Shown here in pieces: positions 1 through 16,700 of a stretch of DNA of 64,000 nt. Position numbers and translations under genes: made by a program. Under the pieces are notes generated by a model. That model saw nothing but the letters and a program-made list of their open reading frames with translations. It had not been told where the DNA came from and made no database searches. Position 1 is the stretch's first letter; the number at the start of each line of letters is the position of its first letter. This DNA is from Eledone cirrhosa (lineage: Eukaryota): the NCBI GenBank assembly GCA_964016885.1, contig OZ024757.1, positions 4,588,001 through 4,652,000 of the forward strand. Direction: 5' to 3'.

Positions 1-1829
1 CTTGTAGATATAATACATATATAATACAGTTACTGCTAGGACACTTGTAGATATAATACAATTACTGCTAGGACACTTGTAGATATAATACAATTACGGT
101 TAGGACACTTGTAGATATAATACAGATATAATACAATTACTGGTAGGACACTTGCAGATATAATACAGATATAATACAGTTACTGCTAGGACACTAATAG
201 ATATAATACAATTACTGCTAGGACACTTGTAGATATAATACAATTACTGCTAGGACACTTGTAGATATAATACAATTACTGTTAGGATACTTGCAGATAT
301 AATACAGATAAAATACAGTTACTGCTAGGACACTTTTAGATATAATACAGATATAATACAGTTACTGCTAGAACACTTGTAGATATAATACAGTTACTGC
401 TAGGACACTTGTAGATATAATACAGTTACTGCTAGAACACTTGTAGATATAATACAGTTACTGCTAGAACACTTGTAGATATAATACAGTTACTGCTAGG
501 ACACTTGTAGTTATAATACAGATATAATACAGTTACTGCTAAGACACTTGTAGATATAATACAGTTACTGCTAGGACACTTGTAGATATAATACAGTTAC
601 TGCTAGGACACTTGTAGATATGATACAGATATAATACAGTTACTGCTAGGACACATGTAGATATAATACAGTTACTGCTAGGACACTTGTAGATATAATA
701 CAGATATAATACAGTTACTGCTAGGACACATCTAGATATAATACAGTTACTGCTAGGACACTTGTAGACATAATACAGGTATAATACAGTTACTGCTAGG
801 ACACTTGTAGATATAATACAGATATAATACAGTTACTGCTAGGACACTTGTAGATATAATACAGATATAATACAGATATAATACAGTTACTGCTAGGACA
901 CTTGTAGATATAATACAAATATAATACAGTTACTGCTAGGACACTTGTAGATATAATACAGTTACTGCTAGGACACTTGTAGATATAATACAGTTACTGC
1001 TAGGACACTTGTAGATATAATATAGATATAATACAGTTACTGCTAGAACACTTGTAGATATAATACAGTTACTGCTAGGACACTTGTAGATATAATACAA
1101 ATATAATACAGTTACTGCTAGAACACTTGTAGATATAATACAGATATAATACAGTTACGGCTAGGACACTTGTAGATATAATACATATATAATACAATTA
1201 CTGCTAGGACACTTGTAGATATAATACAGTTACTGCTAGGACACTTGTAGATATAATACAGATATAATACAGTTACTGATAGGACACTTATAGATATAAT
1301 ACAGATATAATACAGTTACTGCTAGGCCACTTGTAGATATAATACAGTTACTGCTAGGACACTTGCAGATATAATACAGATATAATACAGTTACTGCTAG
1401 GACACTTGTAGATATAATACAGATATAATACAGTTACTGCTAGGACACTTGTAGATATAATACAGTTACTGCTAGGACACTTGTAGATATAATACAGATA
1501 TAATACAGTTACTGCTAAGACACTTGTAGATATAATACAGATATAATACAGTTACTGCTAGGACACTTGTAGATATCATACAGATATAATACAATTACTG
1601 CTAGGACACTTGTAGATATAATACAAATATAATACAGTTACTGCTAGAACACTTGTAGATATAATACAGTTACTGTTAGGACACTTGCAGATATAATACA
1701 GATATAATACAGTTACTGCTAGGACACTTGTAGATATAATACAGATATAATACAGTTACTGCTAGGCCACTTGTAGATATAATACAATTACTGCTAGGAC
1801 ACTTGCAGATATAATACAAATATAATACA

Positions 1830-4822
1830 GTTACTGCTAGGACACTTGTAGATATAATACAATTATTGTTAGGACACTTGCAGATATAATACAGATATAA
1901 TACAGTTACTGCTAGGACACTTGTAGATATAATACAGATATAATACAGTTACTGCTAGGACACTTGTAGATATAATACAGATATAATACAGTTACTGCTA
2001 GGACACTTGTAGATATAATACAGATATAAGACAGTTACTGCTAAGACACTTGTAGATATAATACAGATATAATACAGTTACGGCTAGGATACTTGTAGAT
2101 ATAATACAAATATAATACAATTACTGCTAGGACACTTGTAGATATAATACAGTTACTGCTAGGACACTTGTAGATATAATACAGATATAATACAGTTACT
2201 GCTAGGACACTTGTAGATATAATACAGATATAATACAGTTACTGCTAGGCCACTTGTAGATATAATACAGTTACTGCTAGGACACTTGTAGATATAATAC
2301 AGTTACTGCTAGGACACTTGCAGATATAATACAAATATAATACAGTTACTGCTAGGACACTTGTAGATATAATACAATTATTGTTAGGACACTTGCAGTT
2401 ATAATACAGATATAATACAGTTACTGCTAGGACACTTGTAGATATAATACAGATATAATACAGTTACTGCTAGGACACTGGTAGATATAATACAGATATA
2501 ATACAGTTACTGCTAAGACACTTGTAGATATAATACAGATATAATACAGTTACTGCTAGGACACTTGTAGATATAATACAGATATAATACAATTACTGCT
2601 AGGACACTTGTAGATATAATACAAATATAATACAGTTACTGCTAGAACACTTGTAGATATAATACAGTTACTGTTAGGACACTTGCAGATATAATACAGA
2701 TATAATACAGTTACTGCTAAGACACTTGTAGATATAATACAAATATAATACAGTTACTGCTAGGACACTTGTAGATATAATACAGTTACTGCTAGGACAC
2801 TTGTAGATATAATACAGTTACTGCTAGGACACTTGTAGATATAATACAATTATTGTTAGGCCACTTGCAGATATAATACAGATATAATACAGTTACTGCT
2901 AGGACACTTGTAGATATAATACAGATATAATACAGTTACTGCTAGGACACTTGTAGATATAATACAGATATAATACAGTTACTGCTAGGACACTTGTAGA
3001 TATAATACAGATATAAGACAGTTACTGCTAAGACACTTGTAGATATAATACAGATATAATACAGTTACGGCTAGGACACTTGTAGATATAATACAAATAT
3101 AATACAATTACTGCTAGGACACTTGTAGATATAATACAGTTACTGCTAGGACACTTGTAGATATAATACAGATATAATACAGTTACTGCTAGGACACTTG
3201 TAGATATAATACAGATATAATACAGTTACTGCTAGGCCACTTGTAGATATAATACAGTTACTGCTAGGACACTTGTAGATATAATACAGTTACTGCTAGG
3301 ACACTTGCAGATATAATACAAATATAATACAGTTACTGCTAGGACACTTGTAGATATAATACAATTATTGTTAGGACACTTGCAGTTATAATACAGATAT
3401 AATACAGTTACTGCTAGGACACTTGTAGATATAATACAGATATAATACAGTTACTGCTAGGACACTGGTAGATATAATACAGATATAATACAGTTACTGC
3501 TAAGACACTTGTAGATATAATACAGATATAATACAGTTACTGCTAGGACACTTGTAGATATAATACAGATATAATACAATTACTGCTAGGACACTTGTAG
3601 ATATAATACAAATATAATACAGTTACTGCTAGAACACTTGTAGATATAATACAGTTACTGTTAGGACACTTGCAGATATAATACAGATATAATACAGTTA
3701 CTGCTAAGACACTTGTAGATATAATACAAATATAATACAGTTACTGCTAGGACACTTGTAGATATAATACAGTTACTGCTAGGACACTTGTAGATATAAT
3801 ACAGTTACTGCTAGGACACTTGTAGATATAATACAATTATTGTTAGGCCACTTGCAGATATAATACAGATATAATACAGTTACTGCTAGGACACTTGTAG
3901 ATATAATACAGATATAATACAGTTACTGCTAGGACACTTGTAGATATAATACAGATATAATACAGTTACTGCTAGGACACTTGTAGATATAATACAGATA
4001 TAAGACAGTTACTGCTAAGACACTTGTAGATATAATACAGATATAATACAGTTACGGCTAGGACACTTGTAGATATAATACAAATATAATACAATTACTG
4101 CTAGGACACTTGTAGATATAATACAGTTACTGCTAGGACACTTGTAGATATAATACAGATATAATACAGTTACTGCTAGGACACTTGTAGATATAATACA
4201 GATATAATACAGTTACTGCTAGGCCACTTGTAGATATAATACAGTTACTGCTAGGACACTTGTAGATATAATACAGTTACTGCTAGGACACTTGCAGATA
4301 TAATACAAATATAATACAGTTACTGCTAGGACACTTGTAGATATAATACAATTATTGTTAGGACACTTGCAGTTATAATACAGATATAATACAGTTACTG
4401 CTAGGACACTTGTAGATATAATACAGATATAATACAGTTACTGCTAGGACACTGGTAGATATAATACAGATATAATACAGTTACTGCTAAGACACTTGTA
4501 GATATAATACAGATATAATACAGTTACTGCTAGGACACTTGTAGATATAATACAGATATAATACAATTACTGCTAGGACACTTGTAGATATAATACAAAT
4601 ATAATACAGTTACTGCTAGAACACTTGTAGATATAATACAGTTACTGTTAGGACACTTGCAGATATAATACAGATATAATACAGTTACTGCTAAGACACT
4701 TGTAGATATAATACAAATATAATACAGTTACTGCTAGGACACTTGTAGATATAATACAGTTACTGCTAGGACACTTGTAGATATAATACAGTTACTGCTA
4801 GGACACTTGTAGATATAATACA
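1830..4822. repeat. 987-bp higher-order repeat, about 3 tandem copies
   Basis: Private markers recur at exactly 987 bp: TATAAGACA (G at 2030, 3017, 4004) and GACACTGGTA (2480, 3467, 4454). Arithmetically 987 = 25x32 + 17x11. Confidence 0.9.
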
Positions 4823-5569
4823 GATATAATACAGTTACTGCTAGGACACTTGTAGATATAATACAGATATAATACAGTTACTGCTAGGACATTGTAGATA
4901 TAATACAGATATAATACAGTTACTGCTAGGACACTTGTAGATATAACACAGATATAATACAGTTACTGCTAGAACACTTGTAGATATAATACAGATATAA
5001 TACAGTTACGGCTAGGACACTTGTAGATATAATACAAATATAATACAATTACTGCTAGGACACTTGTAGATATAATACAGATATAATACAGTTATTGCTA
5101 GGACACTTGTAGATATAATACAGATATAATACAGTTACTGCTAAGACACTTGTAGATATAATACAGATATAATACAGTTACTGCTAGGACACTTGTAGAT
5201 ATAATACAGATATAATACAATTACTGCTAGGACACTTGTAGATATAATACAAATATAATACAGTTACTGCTAGAACACTTGTAGATATAATACAGTTACT
5301 GTTAGGACACTTGCAGATATAATACAGATATAATACAGTTACTGCTAGGACACTTGTAGATATAATACAAATATAATACAGTTACTGCTAGGACACTTGT
5401 AGATATAATACAGTTACTGCTAGGACACTTGTAGATATAATACAGATATAATACAGTTACTGCTAGAACACTTGTAGATATCATACAGATATAATACAGT
5501 TACTGCTAGGACACTTGTAGATATAATACAGATATAATACAGTTACTGCTAGAACACTTGTAGATATAA

Positions 5570-8500
5570 TACAGATATAATACAGTTACTGCTAGGACAC
5601 TTGTAGATATAATACAGATATAATACAGTTACTGCTAGGACACTTGTAGTTATAATACAGATATAATACAGTTACTGCTAGGACACTTGTAGATATAATA
5701 CAGATATAATACAGTTACTGCTAGAACACTTGTAGATATAATACAGATATAATACAGTTACGGCTAGGACACTTGTAGATATAATACAAATATAATACAA
5801 TTACTGCTAGGACACTTGTAGATATAATACAGATATAATACAGTTATTGCTAGGACACTTGTAGATATAATACAGATATAATACAGTTACTGCTAGGCCA
5901 CTTGTAGATATAATACAGTTACTGCTAGGACACTTGTAGATATAATACAGTTACTGCTAGGACACTTGCAGATATAATACAAATATAATACAGTTACTGC
6001 TAGGACACTTGTAGATATAATACAATTATTGTTAGGACACTTGCAGATATAATACAGATATAATACAGTTACTGCTAGGACACTTGTAGATATAATACAG
6101 ATATAATACAGTTACTGCTAGGACACTTGTAGATATAATACAGATATAATACAGTTACTGCTAGAACACTTGTAGATATAATACAGATATAATACAGTTA
6201 CTGCTAGGACACTTGTAGATATAATACAGTTACTGCTAGAACACTTGTAGATATAATACAGTTACTGCTAGGACACTTGTAGATATAATACAGATATAAT
6301 ACAGTTACTGCTAGAACACTTGTAGATATAATACAGTTACTGCTAGGACACTTGTAGATATAAATCTATTACTGCTAGGACACTTGTAGAATATAATACA
6401 GTTACTGCTAGGACACTTGTAGATATAATACAGATATAATACAGTTACTGCTAGGACACTTGTAGATATAATACAGATATAATACAGTTACTGCTAGAAC
6501 ACTTGTAGATATAATACAGTTACTGCTAGGACACCTGTAGTTATAATACAGATATAATACAGTTACTGCTAAGACACTTGTAGATATAATACAGTTACTG
6601 CTAGGACACTTGTAGATATAATACAGTTACTGCTAGGACACTTGTAGATATGATACAGATATAATACAGTTACTGCTAGGACACATGTAGATATAATACA
6701 GTTACTGCTAGGACACTTGTAGATATAATACAGTTACTGCTAGGACACATCTAGATATAATACAGTTACTGCTAGGACACTTGTAGACATAATACAGATA
6801 TAATACAGTTACTGCTAGGACACTTGTAGATATAATACAGATATAATACAATTACTGCGAGGACACTTGTAGATATAATACAGATATAATAGAGTTACTG
6901 CTTGGACACTTGTAGATATAATACATATATAATACAGTTACTGCTAGGAGACTTGTAGAGATAGTACATATAATACAGTTACTGCTAGAACACTTATAGA
7001 TATAATTCAGTTACTGCTAGGACACGGAGACATAATACAGATATAATAGAGTTATTGCTAGGACACTTGTAGACATAATACATATATAATAGAGTTATTG
7101 CTAGGACACTTGTAGATATAATACAGTTACTGCTAGGACACTTGTAGATATAATACAGATATAATACAATTACTGCTAGGACACTTGTAGATATAATACA
7201 GATATAATACAGTTACTGCTAGGACACTTGTAGATATAATACTGTTACTGCTAGGACACTTGTAGATATAATACAGATATAAAACAGTTACTGCTAGGAC
7301 ACTTGTAGATATAATACAGATATAATACAGTTACTGCTAGGACACTTGTAGATATAATACAGATATAATACAGATATAATAAAGTTACTGCTAGGACACT
7401 TGTAGATATAATACAAATATAATACAGTTACTGCTAGGACACTTGTAGATATAATACAGTTACTGCTAGGACAGTTGTAGATATAATACATTTACTGCTA
7501 GGACACTTGTAGATATAATATAGATATAATACAGTTACTGCTAGAACACTTGTAGATATAATACAGTTACTGCTAGGACACTTGTAGATATAATACAGAT
7601 ATAATACAGATATAATACAGTTACTGCTAGAACACTTGTAGATATAATACAGTTACTGCTAGGACACTTGTAGATATAATACAGATATAATACAGTTACT
7701 GCTAGAACACTTGCAGATATAATACATATATAATACAATTACTGCTAGGACACTTGTAGATATAATACAATTACTGTTAGGACACTTGCAGATATAATAC
7801 ATATATAATACAGTTACTGCTAGGACACTTGTAGATATAATACAATTACTGCTAGGACACTTGTAGATATAATACAATTACGGTTAGGACACTTGTAGAT
7901 ATAATACATATATAATACAGTTACTGCTAGGACACTTGTAGATATAATACAATTACTGCTAGGACACTTGTAGATATAATACAATTACGGTTAGGACACT
8001 TGTAGATATAATACAGATATAATACAATTACTGGTAGGACACTAATAGATATAATACAATTACTGCTAGGACACTTGTAGATATAATACAATTACTGCTA
8101 GGACACTTGTAGATATAATACAATTACTGTTAGGACACTTGCAGATATAATACAGATAAAATACAGTTACTGCTAGGACACTTTTAGATATAATACAGAT
8201 ATAATACAGTTACTGCTAGAACACTTGTAGATATAATACATATATAATACAGTTACTGCTAGGACACTTGTAGATATAATACAGTTACTGCTAGAACACT
8301 TGTAGATATAATACAGATATAATACAGTTACTGCTAGAACACTTGTAGATATAATACAGTTACTGCTAGGACACTTATAGATATAATACTATTACTGCTA
8401 GGACACTTGTAGAATATAATACAGTTACTGCTAGGACACTTGTAGATATAATACAGATATAATACAGTTACTGCTAGGACACTTGTAGATATAATACAGA

Positions 8501-11500
8501 TATAATACAGTTACTGCTAGAACACTTGTAGATATAATACAGTTACTGCTAGGACACTTGTAGTTATAATACAGATATAATACAGTTACTGCTAAGACAC
8601 TTGTAGATATAATACAGTTACTGCTAGGACACTTGTAGATATGATACAGATATAATACAGTTACTGCTAGGACACATGTAGATATAATACAGTTACTGCT
8701 AGGACACTTGTAGATATAATACAGATATAATACAGTTACTGCTAGGACACATCTAGATATAATACAGTTACTGCTAGGACACTTGTAGACATAATACAGG
8801 TATAATACAGTTACTGCTAGGACACTTGTAGATATAATACAGATATAATACAGTTACTGCTAGGACACTTGTAGATATAATACAGATATAATACAGATAT
8901 AATACAGTTACTGCTAGGACACTTGTAGATATAATACAAATATAATACAGTTACTGCTAGGACACTTGTAGATATAATACAGTTACTGCTAGGACACTTG
9001 TAGATATAATATAGATATAATACAGTTACTGCTAGAACACTTGTAGATATAATACAGATATAATACAGTTACGGCTAGGACACTTCTAGATATAATACAT
9101 ATATAATACAATTACTGCTAGGACACTTGTAGATATAATACAGTTACTGCTAGGACACTTGGAGATATAATACAGATATAATACAGTTACTGCTAGGACA
9201 CTTGTAGATATAATACAGATATAATACAGTTACTGCTAGAACACTTGTAGGTATAATACAGTTACTGCTAGGACACCTGTAGTTATAATACAGATATAAT
9301 ACAGTTACTGCTAAGACACTTGTAGATATAATACAGTTACTGCTAGGACACTTGTAGATATAATACAGTTACTGCTAGGACACTTGTAGATATAATACAG
9401 ATATAATACAGTTACTGCTAGGACACTTGTAGATATAATACAGATATAATACAGTTACTGCTAGGACACTTGTAGTTATAATACAGATATAATACAGTTA
9501 CTGCTAGGACACTTGTAGATATAATACAGATATAATACAGTTACTGCTAGAACACTTGTAGATATAATACAGATATAATACAGTTACGGCTAGGACACTT
9601 GTAGATATAATACAAATATAATACAATTACTGCTAGGACACTTGTAGATATAATACAGATATAATACAGTTATTGCTAGGACACTTGTAGATATAATACA
9701 GATATAATACAGTTACTGCTAGGCCACTTGTAGATATAATACAGTTACTGCTAGGACACTTGTAGATATAATACAGTTACTGCTAGGACACTTGCAGATA
9801 TAATACAAATATAATACAGTTACTGCTAGGACACTTGTAGATATAATACAATTATTGTTAGGACACTTGCAGATATAATACAGATATAATACAGTTACTG
9901 CTAGGACACTTGTAGATATAATACAGATATAATACAGTTACTGCTAGGACACTTGTAGATATAATACAGATATAATACAGTTACTGCTAGAACACTTGTA
10001 GATATAATACAGATATAATACAGTTACTGCTAGGACACTTGTAGATATAATACAGTTACTGCTAGAACACTTGTAGATATAATACAGTTACTGCTAGGAC
10101 ACTTGTAGATATAATACAGATATAATACAGTTACTGCTAGAACACTTGTAGATATAATACAGTTACTGCTAGGACACTTGTAGATATAAATCTATTACTG
10201 CTAGGACACTTGTAGAATATAATACAGTTACTGCTAGGACACTTGTAGATATAATACAGATATAATACAGTTACTGCTAGGACACTTGTAGATATAATAC
10301 AGATATAATACAGTTACTGCTAGAACACTTGTAGATATAATACAGTTACTGCTAGGACACCTGTAGTTATAATACAGATATAATACAGTTACTGCTAAGA
10401 CACTTGTAGATATAATACAGTTACTGCTAGGACACTTGTAGATATAATACAGTTACTGCTAGGACACTTGTAGATATGATACAGATATAATACAGTTACT
10501 GCTAGGACACATGTAGATATAATACAGTTACTGCTAGGACACTTGTAGATATAATACAGTTACTGCTAGGACACATCTAGATATAATACAGTTACTGCTA
10601 GGACACTTGTAGACATAATACAGATATAATACAGTTACTGCTAGGACACTTGTAGATATAATACAGATATAATACAATTACTGCGAGGACACTTGTAGAT
10701 ATAATACAGATATAATAGAGTTACTGCTTGGACACTTGTAGATATAATACATATATAATACAGTTACTGCTAGGAGACTTGTAGAGATAGTACATATAAT
10801 ACAGTTACTGCTAGAACACTTATAGATATAATTCAGTTACTGCTAGGACACGGAGACATAATACAGATATAATAGAGTTATTGCTAGGACACTTGTAGAC
10901 ATAATACATATATAATAGAGTTATTGCTAGGACACTTGTAGATATAATACAGTTACTGCTAGGACACTTGTAGATATAATACAGATATAATACAATTACT
11001 GCTAGGACACTTGTAGATATAATACAGATATAATACAGTTACTGCTAGGACACTTGTAGATATAATACTGTTACTGCTAGGACACTTGTAGATATAATAC
11101 AGATATAAAACAGTTACTGCTAGGACACTTGTAGATATAATACAGATATAATACAGTTACTGCTAGGACACTTGTAGATATAATACAGATATAATACAGA
11201 TATAATAAAGTTACTGCTAGGACACTTGTAGATATAATACAAATATAATACAGTTACTGCTAGGACACTTGTAGATATAATACAGTTACTGCTAGGACAG
11301 TTGTAGATATAATACATTTACTGCTAGGACACTTGTAGATATAATATAGATATAATACAGTTACTGCTAGAACACTTGTAGATATAATACAGTTACTGCT
11401 AGGACACTTGTAGATATAATACAGATATAATACAGATATAATACAGTTACTGCTAGAACACTTGTAGATATAATACAGTTACTGCTAGGACACTTGTAGA

Positions 11501-11814
11501 TATAATACAGATATAATACAGTTACTGCTAGAACACTTGCAGATATAATACATATATAATACAATTACTGCTAGGACACTTGTAGATATAATACAATTAC
11601 TGTTAGGACACTTGCAGATATAATACATATATAATACAGTTACTGCTAGGACACTTGTAGATATAATACAATTACTGCTAGGACACTTGTAGATATAATA
11701 CAATTACGGTTAGGACACTTGTAGATATAATACATATATAATACAGTTACTGCTAGGACACTTGTAGATATAATACAATTACTGCTAGGACACTTGTAGA
11801 TATAATACAATTAC
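5570..11814. repeat. Block duplication, offset 3826 bp (about 5570-7988 vs 9396-11814)
   Basis: Identical ORFs at 7294/11120, 7541/11367 and 7659/11485. Marker GACACGGAGA at 7021 and 10847. Confidence 0.85.
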
Positions 11815-13727
11815 TGCTAGGACACTTGTAGATATAATACAATTACTGTTAGGACACTTGCAGATATAATACAGATAAAATACAGTTACTGCTAGGACAC
11901 TTTTAGATATAATACAGATATAATACAGTTACTGCTAGAACACTTGTAGATATAATACATATATAATACAGTTACTGCTAGGACACTTGTAGATATAATA
12001 CAGTTACTGCTAGGACACTTGTAGATATAATACTATTACTGCTAGGACACTTGTAGAATATAATACAGTTACTGCTAGGACACTTGTAGATATAATACAG
12101 TTACTGCTAGAACACTTGTAGATATAATACAGTTACTGCTAGAACACTTGTAGATATAATACAGATATAATACAGTTACTGCTAGAACACTTGTAGATAT
12201 AATACAGTTACTGCTAGGACACTTATAGATATAATACTATTACTGCTAGGACACTTGTAGAATATAATACAGTTACTGCTAGGACACTTGTAGATATAAT
12301 ACAGATATAATACAGTTACTGCTAGGACACTTGTAGATATAATACAGATATAATACAGTTACTGCTAGAACACTTGTAGATATAATACAGTTACTGCTAG
12401 GACACTTGTAGTTATAATACAGATATAATACAGTTACTGCTAAGACACTTGTAGATATAATACAGTTACTGCTAGGACACTTGTAGATATGATACAGATA
12501 TAATACAGTTACTGCTAGGACACATGTAGATATAATACAGTTACTGCTAGGACACTTGTAGATATAATACAGATATAATACAATTACTGCTAGGACACTT
12601 GTAGATATAATACAATTACTGTTAGGACACTTGCAGATATAATACATATATAATACAGTTACTGCTAGGACACTTGTAGATATAATACAATTACTGCTAG
12701 GACACTTGTAGATATAATACAATTACGGTTAGGACACTTGTAGATATAATACATATATAATACAGTTACTGCTAGGACACTTGTAGATATAATACAATTA
12801 CTGCTAGGACACTTGTAGATATAATACAATTACGGTTAGGACACTTGTAGATATAATACAGATATAATACAATTACTGGTAGGACACTAATAGATATAAT
12901 ACAATTACTGCTAGGACACTTGTAGATATAATACAATTACTGCTAGGACACTTGTAGATATAATACAATTACTGTTAGGACACTTGCAGATATAATACAG
13001 ATAAAATACAGTTACTGCTAGGACACTTTTAGATATAATACAGATATAATACAGTTACTGCTAGAACACTTGTAGATATAATACATATATAATACAGTTA
13101 CTGCTAGGACACTTGTAGATATAATACAGTTACTGCTAGGACACTTGTAGATATAATACTATTACTGCTAGGACACTTGTAGAATATAATACAGTTACTG
13201 CTAGGACACTTGTAGATATAATACAGTTACTGCTAGAACACTTGTAGATATAATACAGTTACTGCTAGAACACTTGTAGATATAATACAGATATAATACA
13301 GTTACTGCTAGAACACTTGTAGATATAATACAGTTACTGCTAGGACACTTATAGATATAATACTATTACTGCTAGGACACTTGTAGAATATAATACAGTT
13401 ACTGCTAGGACACTTGTAGATATAATACAGATATAATACAGTTACTGCTAGGACACTTGTAGATATAATACAGATATAATACAGTTACTGCTAGAACACT
13501 TGTAGATATAATACAGTTACTGCTAGGACACTTGTAGTTATAATACAGATATAATACAGTTACTGCTAAGACACTTGTAGATATAATACAGTTACTGCTA
13601 GGACACTTGTAGATATGATACAGATATAATACAGTTACTGCTAGGACACATGTAGATATAATACAGTTACTGCTAGGACACTTGTAGATATAATACAGAT
13701 ATAATACAGTTACTGCTAGGACACATC

Positions 13728-16700
13728 TAGATATAATACAGTTACTGCTAGGACACTTGTAGATATAATACAGATATAATACAGTTACTGCTAGGACACA
13801 TCTAGATATAATACAGTTACTGCTAGGACACTTGTAGACATAATACAGATATAATACAGTTACTGCTAGGACACTTGTAGATATAATACAGATATAATAC
13901 AATTACTGCGAGGACACTTGTAGATATAATACAGATATAATAGAGTTACTGCTTGGACACTTGTAGATATAATACATATATAATACAGTTACTGCTAGGA
14001 GACTTGTAGAGATAGTACATATAATACAGTTACTGCTAGAACACTTATAGATATAATTCAGTTACTGCTAGGACACGGAGACATAATACAGATATAATAG
14101 AGTTATTGCTAGGACACTTGTAGACATAATACATATATAATAGAGTTATTGCTAGGACACTTGTAGATATAATACAGTTACTGCTAGGACACTTGTAGAT
14201 ATAATACAGATATAATACAATTACTGCTAGGACACTTGTAGATATAATACAGATATAATACAGTTACTGCTAGGACACTTGTAGATATAATACTGTTACT
14301 GCTAGGACACTTGTAGATATAATACAGATATAAAACAGTTACTGCTAGGACACTTGTAGATATAATACAGATATAATACAGTTACTGCTAGGACACTTGT
14401 AGATATAATACAGATATAATACAGATATAATAAAGTTACTGCTAGGACACTTGTAGATATAATACAAATATAATACAGTTACTGCTAGGACACTTGTAGA
14501 TATAATACAGTTACTGCTAGGACAGTTGTAGATATAATACATTTACTGCTAGGACACTTGTAGATATAATATAGATATAATACAGTTACTGCTAGAACAC
14601 TTGTAGATATAATACAGTTACTGCTAGGACACTTGTAGATATAATACAGATATAATACAGATATAATACAGTTACTGCTAGAACACTTGTAGATATAATA
14701 CAGTTACTGCTAGGACACTTGTAGATATAATACAGATATAATACAGTTACTGCTAGAACACTTGCAGATATAATACATATATAATACAATTACTGCTAGG
14801 ACACTTGTAGATATAATACAATTACTGTTAGGACACTTGCAGATATAATACATATATAATACAGTTACTGCTAGGACACTTGTAGATATAATACAATTAC
14901 TGCTAGGACACTTGTAGATATAATACAATTACGGTTAGGACACTTGTAGATATAATACATATATAATACAGTTACTGCTAGGACACTTGTAGATATAATA
15001 CAATTACTGCTAGGACACTTGTAGATATAATACAATTACGGTTAGGACACTTGTAGATATAATACAGATATAATACAATTACTGGTAGGACACTAATAGA
15101 TATAATACAATTACTGCTAGGACACTTGTAGATATAATACAATTACTGCTAGGACACTTGTAGATATAATACAATTACTGTTAGGACACTTGCAGATATA
15201 ATACAGATAAAATACAGTTACTGCTAGGACACTTTTAGATATAATACAGATATAATACAGTTACTGCTAGAACACTTGTAGATATAATACATATATAATA
15301 CAGTTACTGCTAGGACACTTGTAGATATAATACAGTTACTGCTAGGACACTTGTAGATATAATACTATTACTGCTAGGACACTTGTAGAATATAATACAG
15401 TTACTGCTAGGACACTTGTAGATATAATACAGTTACTGCTAGAACACTTGTAGATATAATACAGTTACTGCTAGAACACTTGTAGATATAATACAGATAT
15501 AATACAGTTACTGCTAGAACACTTGTAGATATAATACAGTTACTGCTAGGACACTTATAGATATAATACTATTACTGCTAGGACACTTGTAGAATATAAT
15601 ACAGTTACTGCTAGGACACTTGTAGATATAATACAGATATAATACAGTTACTGCTAGGACACTTGTAGATATAATACAGATATAATACAGTTACTGCTAG
15701 AACACTTGTAGATATAATACAGTTACTGCTAGGACACTTGTAGTTATAATACAGATATAATACAGTTACTGCTAAGACACTTGTAGATATAATACAGTTA
15801 CTGCTAGGACACTTGTAGATATGATACAGATATAATACAGTTACTGCTAGGACACATGTAGATATAATACAGTTACTGCTAGGACACTTGTAGATATAAT
15901 ACAGATATAATACAGTTACTGCTAGGACACATCTAGATATAATACAGTTACTGCTAGGACACTTGTAGACATAATACAGGTATAATACAGTTACTGCTAG
16001 GACACTTGTAGATATAATACAGATATAATACAGTTACTGCTAGGACACTTGTAGATATAATACAGATATAATACAGATATAATACAGTTACTGCTAGGAC
16101 ACTTGTAGATATAATACAAATATAATACAGTTACTGCTAGGACACTTGTAGATATAATACAGTTACTGCTAGGACACTTGTAGATATAATACAGTTACTG
16201 CTAGGACACTTGTAGATATAATATAGATATAATACAGTTACTGCTAGAACACTTGTAGATATAATACAGATATAATACAGTTACGGCTAGGACACTTGTA
16301 GATATAATACATATATAATACAATTACTGCTAGGACACTTGTAGATATAATACAGTTACTGCTAGGACACTTGGAGATATAATACAGATATAATACAGTT
16401 ACTGCTAGGACACTTATAGATATAATACAGATATAATACAGTTACTGCTAGGCCACTTGTAGATATAATACAGTTACTGCTAGGACACTTGCAGATATAA
16501 TACAGATATAATACAGTTACTGCTAGAACACTTGCAGATATAATACATATATAATACAATTACTGCTAGGACACTTGTAGATATAATACAATTACTGTTA
16601 GGACACTTGCAGATATAATACATATATAATACAGTTACTGCTAGGACACTTGTAGATATAATACAATTACTGCTAGGACACTTGTAGATATAATACAATT

